Origin: an uncultured bacterium
GTDB taxonomy: Bacteria > Zixibacteria > MSB-5A5 > JAABVY01 > JAHJOQ01
NCBI GenBank assembly: GCA_965369655.1
Contig: CBDUQR010000026.1
Location: forward strand, 1-40,881
Reading direction: 5' to 3'
Length of the DNA: 40,881 bases
Below the pieces are notes generated by a model. That model was not told where the DNA came from. It was given only the letters and a program-made list of their open reading frames with translations, and ran no database searches. A program made the position numbers and the translations under genes. The first letter of the stretch is position 1; each line of letters starts with the position of its first letter. Below, piece by piece: positions 27,339 through 37,372 of this stretch.

Positions 27339-28163
27339 CTATCTATATACAACCGCAAGCATGAAGAAATAGAGTGTCGGGAGTGCGAAGAGCAGGGAGT
27401 CGAATCTGTCGAGGACGCCGCCATGGCCGGGGATGATCGTCGATGAGTCCTTCACGCCAAAGCGTCGTTTGAAGATCGATTCGACAAGATCGCCAAGCTG
27501 GCCGACGAGAGAAATCGCGAATGCTGCGAGAACCAATTGCCATACGACGATATCTTTGAGCGCAAAAAATGAAAAGATGAATCCGGTCAGTGTGCCGAAC
27601 AACATGCCACCTGCGAATCCCTCCCAGCTCTTGTTCGGAGAGATGACCGGTGACATTTTGTGTCTGCCAATTTGAGAGCCGACAAAATAAGCCGAGGTAT
27701 CGCAGATCCAGATCACGGCAAACGCGAACAGTATCCAGACGCCCGCCTCACGGTACTCGGCGAATTTGAGCAGGTCTGTCTCGCGGATCAATATGAAAAA
27801 ATTGAACAGGCTGACGTAGATCAGTCCAAACAGGGTATAGACAATTCTCGTGCTCGCGAGCGCGACATCGCGTCTGAATACCGCCGACAATGTCGTAATG
27901 AAAAAGCCGACCAGGAGTGAGTACAGCAGCATCGGCTCGCCATAATAGAATACCAGCCAGTTGGCCGCCGGAAGCCAGACAAAGAGAACAATCTGTGGGA
28001 AGATGCGAATGCGCGTCTGCGTCAGTTTCATGAATTCGTAGAAACCGATTACCGTCAACAGCGAAACGAACGCGACGAGTACGGCCTTGCCGAACAGGAC
28101 AATGTTAACAAGAATCGGAATTGCTATGATGGCAATGAGAACGCGAGTCGCGAGGTTTTTCAT
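27339..28163 (-). CDS. cdsA: Phosphatidate cytidylyltransferase
   Basis: DTSAYFVG, ISPNKSWEG and GDLVESIFKR…KDS…IPGHGGVLDRFDS motifs. Confidence 0.96.
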   Translation of the reverse strand: MKNLATRVLIAIIAIPILVNIVLFGKAVLVAFVSLLTVIGFYEFMKLTQTRIRIFPQIVLFVWLPAANWLVFYYGEPMLLYSLLVGFFITTLSAVFRRDVALASTRIVYTLFGLIYVSLFNFFILIRETDLLKFAEYREAGVWILFAFAVIWICDTSAYFVGSQIGRHKMSPVISPNKSWEGFAGGMLFGTLTGFIFSFFALKDIVVWQLVLAAFAISLVGQLGDLVESIFKRRFGVKDSSTIIPGHGGVLDRFDSLLFALPTLYFFMLAVVYR

Positions 28164-28164
28164 C

Positions 28165-28911
28165 TCAGCCGGTCGTCACCTCGCCAAACCGACGATTACG
28201 CATCTGGTAATCCAGAACAGCCTTGTAGAAATCATTTTCGGCAAAGTCGGGCCAGAGAACATCAGTGACGTACATTTCAGTATATGATGTTTGCCAGAGG
28301 AGGAAATTCGACAGGCGCCTTTCACCCGATGTGCGAATCAGAAGGTCCGGATCGGGCATGCCGTTTGTGTACAGGTAAGTTGAGAACATATCTTCATCGA
28401 GCTTGCGCGGGTTCACAAGTCCATGTTTGATGTCGCGCGCAATCTTCTTCACAGCTTCAAGAATCTCGGTTCTGCCCCCGTAGTTCAACGCGAGATTCAG
28501 AATCATCCCGGTATTCTTTTTCGTAGCATGAATAGCCTGCTTAAGAGCTTTCCGGCGAGTGATGGATAGTCCGTCGATCTTCCCCATCGCGGTCAGTCGT
28601 ATATTGTTGCTATTAAGTTCATCCAGTTCAGTGCGCGTTTTCTCACACAATAGCCGCATGATGTGAGACACTTCCGACTTCGGCCTCTTCCAGTTCTCGA
28701 TCGAAAACGTGTAGAGCGTCAGTATCCTGACGCCAATCCTGGCCGCAGCTTTAACGATAGTCTTGACCGTGTCGACGCCGGCATCATGGCCGGATGTCCT
28801 GGGCTGGCCACGCTTGCTGGCCCATCTGCCGTTGCCGTCCATAATGATGGCGACGTGCTCCGGCAGATTACCGTTTTCTGCTATCTTCTTTTCGTAGTTG
28901 ACTCGCGGCAC
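28165..28911 (-). CDS. uppS: Undecaprenyl diphosphate synthase
   Basis: HVAIIMDGNGRWA, FSIENWKRP and PDLLIRTSGE.RLSNFLLWQ motifs. Confidence 0.97.
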   Translation of the reverse strand: MPRVNYEKKIAENGNLPEHVAIIMDGNGRWASKRGQPRTSGHDAGVDTVKTIVKAAARIGVRILTLYTFSIENWKRPKSEVSHIMRLLCEKTRTELDELNSNNIRLTAMGKIDGLSITRRKALKQAIHATKKNTGMILNLALNYGGRTEILEAVKKIARDIKHGLVNPRKLDEDMFSTYLYTNGMPDPDLLIRTSGERRLSNFLLWQTSYTEMYVTDVLWPDFAENDFYKAVLDYQMRNRRFGEVTTG

Positions 28912-28921
28912 ACCGTTTTCC

Positions 28922-29476
28922 TCAGATTTCCATTATCTCGGTTTCACGCGTGGAAACCATCCCGTCGATTTTCTTTGAACAATCATCGATGAGTTTCTGG
29001 ACATCGTCGAGACCGTCGTGCATCTGATCTTCCGATATCTCTTTGTTCTTCTCCGCCTTCTTTAGTTCGTCGTTGACATCCCGACGGATATTCCTCAGCG
29101 CAACCTTGCCTTCCTCGCCATATTTCCTGACAATTTTGACAAAGTCCTTTCGTCTCTCCTCTGACAGAGGCGGAATCGGAATCCTGATAATCTGTCCTTC
29201 GACCTGGGGATTCAGACCAAGATCCGATGTCTGGATTGCCTTTACTACTTCATGTACGACCGTCTTGTCCCAGGGTTGTACAACAATGAGTCGCGCCTCA
29301 GGCGCTGAGATCGATGCAACCTGAGCTATCGGAGTCAGGGTTCCGTAGTAGTCCACCTTCAGACTCTCCAGGAGCGAGGGAGAGGCTTTGCCTGTGCGGA
29401 CGGACGCCATTTGCTGGGCGACGGCATCGATTGTTTTCTTCATTCGGGCTTCTGCTGCGGCAAATCTCTTATCCAT
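28922..29476 (-). CDS. frr: Ribosome recycling factor
   Basis: RTGKASP, VDYYG, SDLGLNP, PPLSEERRK and RNIRRD motifs. Confidence 0.97.
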   Translation of the reverse strand: MDKRFAAAEARMKKTIDAVAQQMASVRTGKASPSLLESLKVDYYGTLTPIAQVASISAPEARLIVVQPWDKTVVHEVVKAIQTSDLGLNPQVEGQIIRIPIPPLSEERRKDFVKIVRKYGEEGKVALRNIRRDVNDELKKAEKNKEISEDQMHDGLDDVQKLIDDCSKKIDGMVSTRETEIMEI

Positions 29477-30204
29477 TATTCGTCCTCCCTGGAGTGAACC
29501 ATAGTACCGATGTTCTCGCCTTGAATCACTCTCCTGACATTCCCCTCGCCGTTCAAGTCAAACACGACAATCGGGATACCATTATCCTTGCAGAGAGCTA
29601 TGGCCGTGGAATCCATCACGCGGAGATTCCGTCTAAGCACTTCCATATAAGTTATACTGTCGAATCTGACGGCGTTCGGGTTCTCCACAGGATCCGAGTC
29701 ATAGACGCCATCCACTTTCGTCGCCTTGAGCAATACCTCGGCGTTGATCTCCATCGCTCTGAGAGCGGCGGCGGTATCCGTCGTAAAATACGGGTTGCCC
29801 GTGCCCGCCGCAAGTATAATGACTCGTCCCTTCTCGAGGTGTCTCACAGCTCTGCGTCGTATGTACGGTTCGGCGACCGCCTCCATGTTGAACGCGGTCA
29901 TGACACGCGTGACCACCCCGGTTTTTTCGAGACAATCCTGCAACGCCATCGCATTAATAACGGTTGCGAGCATACCCATGTAGTCACCAGCGACGCGATC
30001 GACGCCGCGCTCTGCAGCCGCGAGGCCTCGATAAATGTTGCCGCCACCAATCACGAGGGCAATCTCGGTCCCAAGCTCTTTCGCGGACATGATCTCGCGC
30101 GCGACATACTCAAGCATGCCGCTATCGATACCGAAGCTGAATTTGCCTATCAGGGCTTCGCCCGAAAGCTTCAGAAGGACTCGTCTGAAGCGAGGTGAAG
30201 GCAT
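29476..30204 (-). CDS. pyrH: UMP kinase
   Basis: [27 protein letters not shown] and [10 protein letters not shown] motifs. Confidence 0.97.
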   Translation of the reverse strand: MPSPRFRRVLLKLSGEALIGKFSFGIDSGMLEYVAREIMSAKELGTEIALVIGGGNIYRGLAAAERGVDRVAGDYMGMLATVINAMALQDCLEKTGVVTRVMTAFNMEAVAEPYIRRRAVRHLEKGRVIILAAGTGNPYFTTDTAAALRAMEINAEVLLKATKVDGVYDSDPVENPNAVRFDSITYMEVLRRNLRVMDSTAIALCKDNGIPIVVFDLNGEGNVRRVIQGENIGTMVHSREDE

Positions 30205-30798
30205 TTACTCACCCAACGCGAAACGTTCAAACCTTCTTATAATGAGATTCTCGCCAAGCTTGCCGATTGTCTCATTGAGGATATCTTTGACAGTCTTGTC
30301 CTGATCGCGGATAAATGGCTGATCAAGAAGACAGACTTCCTGATAAAACTTCTCGATTCTGCCGATGATGATTTTGTCGACAATCTGCTCCGGCTTTCCC
30401 TCGTTGAGAGCCTGCGCGCGATAAATCTCACGTTCCTTGTTGAGAATCTCCTCATCGAGTTCTTCCCGCCGGACAACCTGGGGGTTCGCAGCAGCTATCT
30501 GCATAGCGATATTCCTGGAGAGCTCTTTGAAATCATCGGTGCGCGCCACAAAGTCGGTCTCACAGTTGAGTTCCAAGAGAACGCCCAACTTGTCACCGGG
30601 ATGAATATACGATATTACTGCGCCTTCTTTAGCGCTCCTGCCGGACCTCGTGGCGGCCTTCGCGATACCCTTCTCACGAAGAATATCCACAGCTTTCGCC
30701 AAATCGCCCCCCGCGTCCGCAAGCGCTTTCTTACAGTTCATCATACCTGCACCGGTTTTATCACGAAGTTCTTTGACCTGTTTTGCTGATATTTCCAT
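30205..30798 (-). CDS. tsf: Elongation factor Ts (short form, about 197 aa)
   Basis: VKELRDKTGAGMMNCKKAL, ELNCETDFVA and GKPEQIVDKI motifs. Confidence 0.96.
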   Translation of the reverse strand: MEISAKQVKELRDKTGAGMMNCKKALADAGGDLAKAVDILREKGIAKAATRSGRSAKEGAVISYIHPGDKLGVLLELNCETDFVARTDDFKELSRNIAMQIAAANPQVVRREELDEEILNKEREIYRAQALNEGKPEQIVDKIIIGRIEKFYQEVCLLDQPFIRDQDKTVKDILNETIGKLGENLIIRRFERFALGE

Positions 30799-30818
30799 CA
30801 CTGAATCCTCTGCGTTGA

Positions 30819-31598
30819 TCAATTATCGGTAGTGGGAGGAGGAATATGATTTGTCGCTGCCGCAGTATCATTATCTCTACCAGCCACTTCTGCTGTCACA
30901 ACCGCCTGACCCTGGAAGTCGGCCTGAGAACCGATCACCGCCCTGGATATCTCCTTAGTGATCACACGGATCGACTTGATCGCGTCATCATTTGCAGCAA
31001 TCGGGAAATCAATCGGATCGGGGTCAGAGTTGGTGTCGATAATCGCAATGATCGGAATACCGAGCTTTGATGCCTCGGCAACAGCGATATGCTCCTTCTT
31101 GGTATCGACCACGAACATAAGCCCGGGAAGGACATTCATCTCTTTGATACCACCGAGCGCCTTTTCCAGTTTGCCCATCTCTCGTTCGAGCTTGGCAACC
31201 TCTTTTTTCGTCAGCTTGTCGAAAGTGCCGTCCGTCTGCATCAGTTCAATGTCTTTGAGACGCTTGATGCTTTTCTTGATGGTCTGGAAATTCGTCAACA
31301 TCCCGCCAAGCCAGCGCTCGGTCACGTGAAACTGTCCGCATCGAGTCGCTTCATCTCTGACCACTCCCTGTGCCTGCTTCTTGGTCCCGACGAAGAGAAT
31401 CCTCTGATTCTTGTCGACAACTTCCTTGACTTTCAAACAGGCTCTGTTGAGCGCAAGCAACGTCTTCTTGAGATCAATGATATAGATGCCGTTCCGAGCG
31501 GTAAAAATAAAGCGTTTCATCTTGGGATTCCAACGCCGTGTCTGGTGCCCAAAATGAACGCCTGCTTCGAGAAGATCCTTAATGGTGGTTTCCAGCAT
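30819..31598 (-). CDS. rpsB: 30S ribosomal protein S2
   Basis: [28 protein letters not shown] and DTNSDP…NDDAI motifs. Confidence 0.98.
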   Translation of the reverse strand: MLETTIKDLLEAGVHFGHQTRRWNPKMKRFIFTARNGIYIIDLKKTLLALNRACLKVKEVVDKNQRILFVGTKKQAQGVVRDEATRCGQFHVTERWLGGMLTNFQTIKKSIKRLKDIELMQTDGTFDKLTKKEVAKLEREMGKLEKALGGIKEMNVLPGLMFVVDTKKEHIAVAEASKLGIPIIAIIDTNSDPDPIDFPIAANDDAIKSIRVITKEISRAVIGSQADFQGQAVVTAEVAGRDNDTAAATNHIPPPTTDN

Positions 31599-31605
31599 GC
31601 GTACT

Positions 31606-31686
31606 CCCTGTGGTTGAAACTTCCACCTGCTTCACCCCCGGCGGGACACATTCGTGACCACCCGCTGAGTCCACAGGTGTGATTAG
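31606..31686 (-). promoter_or_regulatory. Candidate rpsB (S2/t44-like) structured leader
   Basis: Minus strand CACACCTG…GCGGG…CCCGC…CAGGTGG-AAGTTTCAACC pairs into nested stems just upstream of rpsB, as in S2 autoregulatory leaders. Confidence 0.55.
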
Positions 31687-31699
31687 TTAGATGTTAAGG

Positions 31700-32092
31700 C
31701 TAACGCTTCGAGAACTGGAATCTCTTGCGAGCCTTGACCAATCCGTATTTCTTGCGCTCCACCTCACGGGCGTCACGAGTCAACAGTCCCGCACTCTTGA
31801 GCGGTTTGCGAAGCGTCTCATCCATCTTGATGAGCGCTCGCGCGAGCGCCAGCCGCACAGCGCCAGCCTGACCGGTCTTTCCACCGCCTTTGGCGCGGCA
31901 TTTGAAACCGACCTTGCCTACGGTACCGGTAACATTGAGTGGAGTCTGAATATGGTTGGCCAGAAGCTGCCGCTCAATGTACTGCCTCATTTCTTTCCCG
32001 TTTATGGTGCAAGCGGGATCGCCCGGTGTCAGCCAGAGACGAGCTACCGCCTCTTTCCGTCGACCCGTAGCGTAATAAATCTGCTGCTGCAT
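31700..32092 (-). CDS. rpsI: 30S ribosomal protein S9
   Basis: ATGRRKEAVAR, GGGKTGQAGA and ERKKYG…QFSKR motifs. Confidence 0.98.
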   Translation of the reverse strand: MQQQIYYATGRRKEAVARLWLTPGDPACTINGKEMRQYIERQLLANHIQTPLNVTGTVGKVGFKCRAKGGGKTGQAGAVRLALARALIKMDETLRKPLKSAGLLTRDAREVERKKYGLVKARKRFQFSKR

Positions 32093-32122
32093 TAAATGCC
32101 TTTCAATATATGAAGCGATAAT

Positions 32123-32557
32123 CTACCGATTCAGTACGAGCGACTCCGGCTTCTGCGCCTGGTGCGGATGATCGGGTCCGTCGTAAACAAAGAGCTTCTT
32201 GAGCATCTTGCGTCCGAGTCTGTTCTTTGGCATCATCCCCCAGACAGCCTTCCTGAAGAGCCTTTCAGGAGTCTTGTTAAGCATCTGCTCGAACGAGCGC
32301 TCGGAGAGCCCGCCCGGATAACCGGAATAGCGATAGTACTTCTTCTCGGTCATCTTGTTGCCGGAAATCTTCACTTTCTCCGCGTTCACGATTATCACAT
32401 AGTCACCACAGTCGAGGTGAGGAGTGTACATAGGCTTGGTCTTGCCCATCAGTATTCGAGCTATCCTGACGATCTGCCGCCCGAAGTATTTGTCGGTGAC
32501 ATCGACCACGTACCACTTTTTCTGAATCTCAGAAACTTTCGGAATATACGTCTTCAT
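32123..32557 (-). CDS. rplM: 50S ribosomal protein L13
   Basis: KWYVVD, YTPHLDCGDYVI and SGYPGG…HPHQAQKP motifs. Confidence 0.98.
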   Translation of the reverse strand: MKTYIPKVSEIQKKWYVVDVTDKYFGRQIVRIARILMGKTKPMYTPHLDCGDYVIIVNAEKVKISGNKMTEKKYYRYSGYPGGLSERSFEQMLNKTPERLFRKAVWGMMPKNRLGRKMLKKLFVYDGPDHPHQAQKPESLVLNR

Positions 32558-32595
32558 TCAATCTCCTCAAAAGCCATGAAAAATCTCAGACGCGT

Positions 32596-32623
32596 ATTAT
32601 ACCCATTATTCCCTGTTTGTCAA
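32596..32623 (-). promoter_or_regulatory. Consensus sigma70 promoter of the rplM operon
   Basis: TTGACA (32623-32618), 16 bp, TATAAT (32601-32596), about 40 nt before the rplM start. Confidence 0.85.
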
Positions 32624-32732
32624 GCCCCACAATACAAAGTTTGAACACTTTTACAGTATTGTTTTCGGCTACAGACTCACCTGTTTAGTGACAAAACGGA
32701 AACATATTCTGGTCAGTTGAACCAATATGACC

Positions 32733-33152
32733 CTATTTGTCGCCCACAATCTGGACCACAACCTCGCGACTTCTCGGCCTGTTGTCGAAATCGAGCAGCA
32801 CAATCTGCTGCCAGGTCCCCAGAATCAGCCTGCCGGACGATAGCGGAATCGAGAGCGATGGTCCGACCAGAGCCGCCCGGACATGCGAGAAACCATTGCC
32901 GTCGCCCCATGTGGCATCGTGATGATACGTCGGCCCCCTCGGGATGATCTTCTCGAAGAACTCTTGCAGGTCTTTGAGCAGACCTGGCTCATGCTCGATC
33001 GTGGTGATGCCGGCAGTCGATCCCGGGATAAAGACCGTCACAGTGCCGTGGGTGATACCCGACTCCTTTGTGATATCAGTGACTCGTGAGGTCAAATCAA
33101 TGATATCGCCATCGCCGTTTGTCTCAAACTGTATGCTGCATGTTTCTACCAT
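32733..33152 (-). CDS. yjbQ: YjbQ/UPF0047 family protein
   Basis: GSTAGITTIE.EP, NGFSHVRAAL and LGTWQQIVLLDFD motifs. Confidence 0.92.
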   Translation of the reverse strand: MVETCSIQFETNGDGDIIDLTSRVTDITKESGITHGTVTVFIPGSTAGITTIEHEPGLLKDLQEFFEKIIPRGPTYHHDATWGDGNGFSHVRAALVGPSLSIPLSSGRLILGTWQQIVLLDFDNRPRSREVVVQIVGDK

Positions 33153-33265
33153 ATGCGGAATCTACAATATCGTGTTGCGTTAGCCAATACTTATTTGCTC
33201 AATCCGGATGGATGGGTGGCGCACTCAAGCTGTGCCTGTGCGTGCTTGTACTCATGTCCAAACTT

Positions 33266-33297
33266 CCGTGCCCGGCAGATGTCCAGAGGTTGTCCGC
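33266..33297. repeat. Degenerate REP remnant
   Basis: CCGTGCCCGGCAGATGTCCA matches 21122-21142; CAGATGTCCAGAGGTTGTCC resembles 25453-25472. Confidence 0.5.
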
Positions 33298-33356
33298 AAA
33301 GTGCGACTCAACTTGAGCGGGAAGCTGACCCTGTCGCTCCCGCGGTACTTACGAAC

Positions 33357-35093
33357 TCAGACTCTGGACCTCTCCAGCAGATTCCCCTCGTCGTCGATCT
33401 CCAGCGATCGTTTGATCTTGCGTGTGGATGTCCTGGGGAGTTCCTCGGTGCGGATGTAGTATTTCTTGATTCGTTTGAAATCGGCAAGGCGTGAACAGAC
33501 TGACGCAACCTCGGACTGGATAATCTCTTCCACCGAACTCGCGACAGGACTTGCAGAATCCGACTCAGCCTGACTAATATACTCTCGGTCGGGTACGATG
33601 ATCGCTATCACGTCCTCGGCGCCTGACCCGGAAGCCTTCCTTCCCAGCACCATCGACTCCAGGATGTACGGTGACTGATCGAGCAACGCCTCGATTTCTT
33701 CAGGATAGATATTCTTGCCTGCCGCAGAAACTATCACATTCTTCGACCGGCCTGCAATGTAGAAATATCCCTCGTCGTCAACTCTGCCGATGTCGCCGGT
33801 GAAGAACCAGCCGCCCTTCAGTACCTCATCGGTTGCCGCGCTGTTGTTGTAGTATCCCTTCATGACCATGGGACCCCTGGCTACGATCTCACCCAATCCT
33901 GTGTCATCCGGGTTGTCGATTATCATCTCGACGCCGGGAAAAGGCAGGCCGATCGATTCAAATCTGTTTCTTTCTACAGGATTCACCGTGAGGACAGGAG
34001 AAGTCTCCGTGAGACCATAACCCTGGACCAGGCAGATCCCGATAGCATTAAAGAACTGACCGACCTTGAACGGCAGCGCCGCACCGCCCGACACAAGCAT
34101 CCGGAGATGACTCAGCCCGGCTTTTGTTCTGAGTGATGCGAAAAGCGTTTTCCCTCGATACGAGAAATTCTTCAGCCCGCGCGAAGACACCCAGAAAAGC
34201 AGTTTGAATATCGCACGGTTCAAGGCCGAACTCCTGCCGATCCGCCGCTTGAATCCGATATACATCTTCTCGAACAACAACGGGACCCCGCACATGACAG
34301 TCACTTCGTTATTGCGCAGGTCCTCGATGAGCTCAGTAGATTTATAGCTCCTCGCAAAAGCGATCCTGCAACCTTTCGACATCGGTGTCAGGAATCCACA
34401 TGTGCACTCAAATGTGTGGTGCAACGGCAATATTGAAAGAAAGACATCATCAGGCGTGAAGTGCAACGTCTCGTGGACAGCTATGACGTCTGAGACGATA
34501 TTCCCATGCGAGAGCATCACGCCTTTCGGCTTGCCGGTCGTCCCGGATGTGTATATGAGAACTGCAAGTTTGTCAGGATCCATCACGGGAAATTTGATGT
34601 CCTGTCCTCTCCCCTTCTCGATCAGTTCGATCGTTTTGGGCGCACCAAAACTGCCGGAGACCTCCGTGGCGACAATCGTTTCCAGAGACGGCACATCGCG
34701 TTTGATCCTCTTGAATGTCTCGACCTGGCTCCCGGAACATATTACGGATGAGGCAGCACAGTCCTGCAACATCGATTTCAGTTCATCATCCTTGAGACCG
34801 GGATCAAGCGGCACGACTACGCTCCCCATCCTCAGAATCGCCAGGTAGTTAATGCACCACTCGGACGAATTCCGCTCGCCGATAAGCCCCACACGGTCAC
34901 CGGCAGCGATCCCTGACAGCACGAGTCCCTTTGCGAGATCGACAGTCAGGTCTCGCGCAGATGCGTACGTCGTCGTCCTGCCCGAGGAATCCTTGAAGAT
35001 AATTGTCTCAGGGAACTCGTTCGCCGACGTATCGAGAAGGTCCGTGATAAATCGCCAGTTGTGCATTGAGTAAATGTACCCAGCTTGAGACAT
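33357..35093 (-). CDS. AMP-dependent long-chain acyl-CoA synthetase (FadD15-like)
   Basis: IYTSGTTGKPKGVML, ILPLHH, QGYGLTETSP, FFTGDIG and GKNIYPEEIE motifs; start at 35093 or 35066. Confidence 0.92.
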   Translation of the reverse strand: MSQAGYIYSMHNWRFITDLLDTSANEFPETIIFKDSSGRTTTYASARDLTVDLAKGLVLSGIAAGDRVGLIGERNSSEWCINYLAILRMGSVVVPLDPGLKDDELKSMLQDCAASSVICSGSQVETFKRIKRDVPSLETIVATEVSGSFGAPKTIELIEKGRGQDIKFPVMDPDKLAVLIYTSGTTGKPKGVMLSHGNIVSDVIAVHETLHFTPDDVFLSILPLHHTFECTCGFLTPMSKGCRIAFARSYKSTELIEDLRNNEVTVMCGVPLLFEKMYIGFKRRIGRSSALNRAIFKLLFWVSSRGLKNFSYRGKTLFASLRTKAGLSHLRMLVSGGAALPFKVGQFFNAIGICLVQGYGLTETSPVLTVNPVERNRFESIGLPFPGVEMIIDNPDDTGLGEIVARGPMVMKGYYNNSAATDEVLKGGWFFTGDIGRVDDEGYFYIAGRSKNVIVSAAGKNIYPEEIEALLDQSPYILESMVLGRKASGSGAEDVIAIIVPDREYISQAESDSASPVASSVEEIIQSEVASVCSRLADFKRIKKYYIRTEELPRTSTRKIKRSLEIDDEGNLLERSRV

Positions 35094-35103
35094 ACAGGCA
35101 ACA

Positions 35104-35134
35104 GAAAAGGCCGCCTTGATCGGGCGGCCTTTTC
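35104..35134. terminator. Bidirectional-type intrinsic terminator ending the pil operon
   Basis: GAAAAGGCCGCC-N7-GGCGGCCTTTTC. Confidence 0.85.
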
Positions 35135-35154
35135 GATTGTGACATGATCTTCGT

Positions 35155-37332
35155 TTAGATATCTGTCGCCTTGATCTTTATCTTCTTGGTTAGAATGACT
35201 CCACCGCGAGGATCATGGTCAGTGACAGTGATGTATGCGTTACCCTCGGTCGCCGGAGCCGTATAGGTAAATCCTACAACCTCGCCATACTCATTCGAGT
35301 AGAGCGTATCCAGATCGGATGGGTTGCCATCGTTGTCGGTCACGAAACCGTCGGATGCAAACGCTGTGATCAGATGACCGCCGAGCGGATTGCCCGCACG
35401 ATCTTTGATCATCACCGTAATGGGTTCTGACGAAAAAGGTGCGACCGTTGCCGCCAAATTAAGTTCCGACTGCTCTGTGTGAGTATATCCAGTCTGCAAC
35501 TGCACAGTCACAGTATGAGAAACGCCAACACCGATGCCCGCCGTAGCGGTCAACTGACCATACGCGCCAACCCCGTCGTCGGGGATTGTATACGAGTAGT
35601 CTTTGGACAACACCTGAGACGTCAGCCTTGACTTCGCTATGCTCGCGTAATACCCGTCTGAGGTCTCACAATTCGAAATCGCTCCCTGGGGCCAGAAATC
35701 GAATTCGACAGCGGTCCCGCCGAGCACGAAGACGCCGTTGGCATCGAGCACTTCTACATATACGTAGCCATAATCAGCGCCGTCAGCCTGGAGAATTGTC
35801 GGATATGAGAATATGTCTACCGAGGCTGGATATCCGGAAACCCAGAGCAACGTACTATCTTTCACATTTCCTCCATCGGTCTCAGCGATAATCCAGGCGC
35901 GACCATCGCCGCACTCATCGTCCGATCGGAATACAGTTATGGAAACGCCATCAATTGTTACAGCCGCCGCTTCGATCATTCCAGGACCGTTAGTAGTATA
36001 ATAGACTACTGTACTATCCATTACCGGATTTTCGTACTTGTCTTCCACAAGAGCGACTACACTCGCTGTCAAATTCCCGAATACACACCCACGAATATTG
36101 CATGGGTCGACTAAGACTGAAATATTATCGGGTAGTCCCGCGTTCACTGCGATAAGCGTGACATCGGAATACACTGAAGACACGTTTGCCTGAGTTTTGA
36201 TCGTGCCGGAACGGATGCCTGAGAGCAGGCTGACTGTGGCAATGCCGAGTACATTCGTCGTTGCCGTGACAGGTCCGTAACCCTGAAGCTCGATATTTTC
36301 GCCGCCGTTCGGTCCTGAAAGAATGTTGAACTCGACATCGATCCCCTGCTGTACAGAATTGCCATACCTGTCATAGCACAAAGCGTGAAGCAGTGTAGAC
36401 TCGATTCCGCCGGTAGCCTTCACCTGAATTTCATAGCTGACCGCTTCGAGTTTGATGTAGGCAACCTCAGTGTTGGGCCTCAGCGAGAGAGCCAACTCAT
36501 CCCAGCTTGGATTGGGAGCATCCCCGATAGAAGTCCGCAGAAAAACCAGTCCGGACTGCGTGCCGGATGTGTACGTAAAGGTCGCAACGCTGTCGACAGT
36601 CGTCACTGTGGCAGGAACATGTCCGATCCTGTCCCAGATGCCGTTGTCGTTCGCGTCCCAAATAACATCGTCTACATTCTCTGTGAAATAGCCGTCGCCG
36701 TTGACATCCTCGAATCTCTCGCCAACTTCGAGTTTGACTACAGTCCCGGTCTCGACAGACACTCCTGCGGCGCCGGGATGGATCACCAGAGTAACTTCGG
36801 TTTCATCCTGCCCGTCGGCAAGAATGAATCCGTCCGGTATCTGATACTCGAAAATGTAGTTCGACTGCGTATCACCGCCACCGCCACTGCCAGCAGTGAT
36901 CCGGACTACTTTCGATGTCTGGTTGACGCTGTTGCCGGCAACCTGAACCCAGATTGCGACTTCACCAGTGTCGATGGGCAGAAAACCAGTTGCAAACGAT
37001 CCGTCGACGCGGGTCGTGTCGATCGCTTTCTGAAAATAGCCTCTCCACGACGGATCGGCATACAGGTAAACCTGCACGAAATTGACGCCGACATTATTGG
37101 AATCGACTATGAAACCGCTAACGTTGAGTGACCGATTGTTCTCGATCGTATCGCCGACATCCTCCATGAATCGAATAATCCGCAGATTCTGATCGACGAT
37201 ATCGTAGTCGTCTCCACCACCGCCGCCAACTACGGAATCATCCCCGCATCCGGCGAATGCAACCAACAGTCCGATCGCAATCAACCCGAGCCGGAAGCAG
37301 TTTTCCGACCTGTTCAATATCTTCGTGAACAT
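35155..37332 (-). CDS. Lipoprotein with tandem Ig-like (Big_1/invasin-like) domains
   Basis: Lipobox FAGC; repeated D.YGN/D.NG…V.F and L.ADG.D Ig motifs; Ca-binding-like DVNGDGY and DANDNGIWD loops. Confidence 0.75.
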   Translation of the reverse strand: MFTKILNRSENCFRLGLIAIGLLVAFAGCGDDSVVGGGGGDDYDIVDQNLRIIRFMEDVGDTIENNRSLNVSGFIVDSNNVGVNFVQVYLYADPSWRGYFQKAIDTTRVDGSFATGFLPIDTGEVAIWVQVAGNSVNQTSKVVRITAGSGGGGDTQSNYIFEYQIPDGFILADGQDETEVTLVIHPGAAGVSVETGTVVKLEVGERFEDVNGDGYFTENVDDVIWDANDNGIWDRIGHVPATVTTVDSVATFTYTSGTQSGLVFLRTSIGDAPNPSWDELALSLRPNTEVAYIKLEAVSYEIQVKATGGIESTLLHALCYDRYGNSVQQGIDVEFNILSGPNGGENIELQGYGPVTATTNVLGIATVSLLSGIRSGTIKTQANVSSVYSDVTLIAVNAGLPDNISVLVDPCNIRGCVFGNLTASVVALVEDKYENPVMDSTVVYYTTNGPGMIEAAAVTIDGVSITVFRSDDECGDGRAWIIAETDGGNVKDSTLLWVSGYPASVDIFSYPTILQADGADYGYVYVEVLDANGVFVLGGTAVEFDFWPQGAISNCETSDGYYASIAKSRLTSQVLSKDYSYTIPDDGVGAYGQLTATAGIGVGVSHTVTVQLQTGYTHTEQSELNLAATVAPFSSEPITVMIKDRAGNPLGGHLITAFASDGFVTDNDGNPSDLDTLYSNEYGEVVGFTYTAPATEGNAYITVTDHDPRGGVILTKKIKIKATDI

Positions 37333-37372
37333 GCTGTATCGCTCCTTATATCGATTTCAAGACACGCCCGCA

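Noticed and set aside
29314-30198. Long antisense ORFs over pyrH, rpsB, rplM, pilQ and other genes
   Set aside because: Shadow frames of well-supported genes on the opposite strand.
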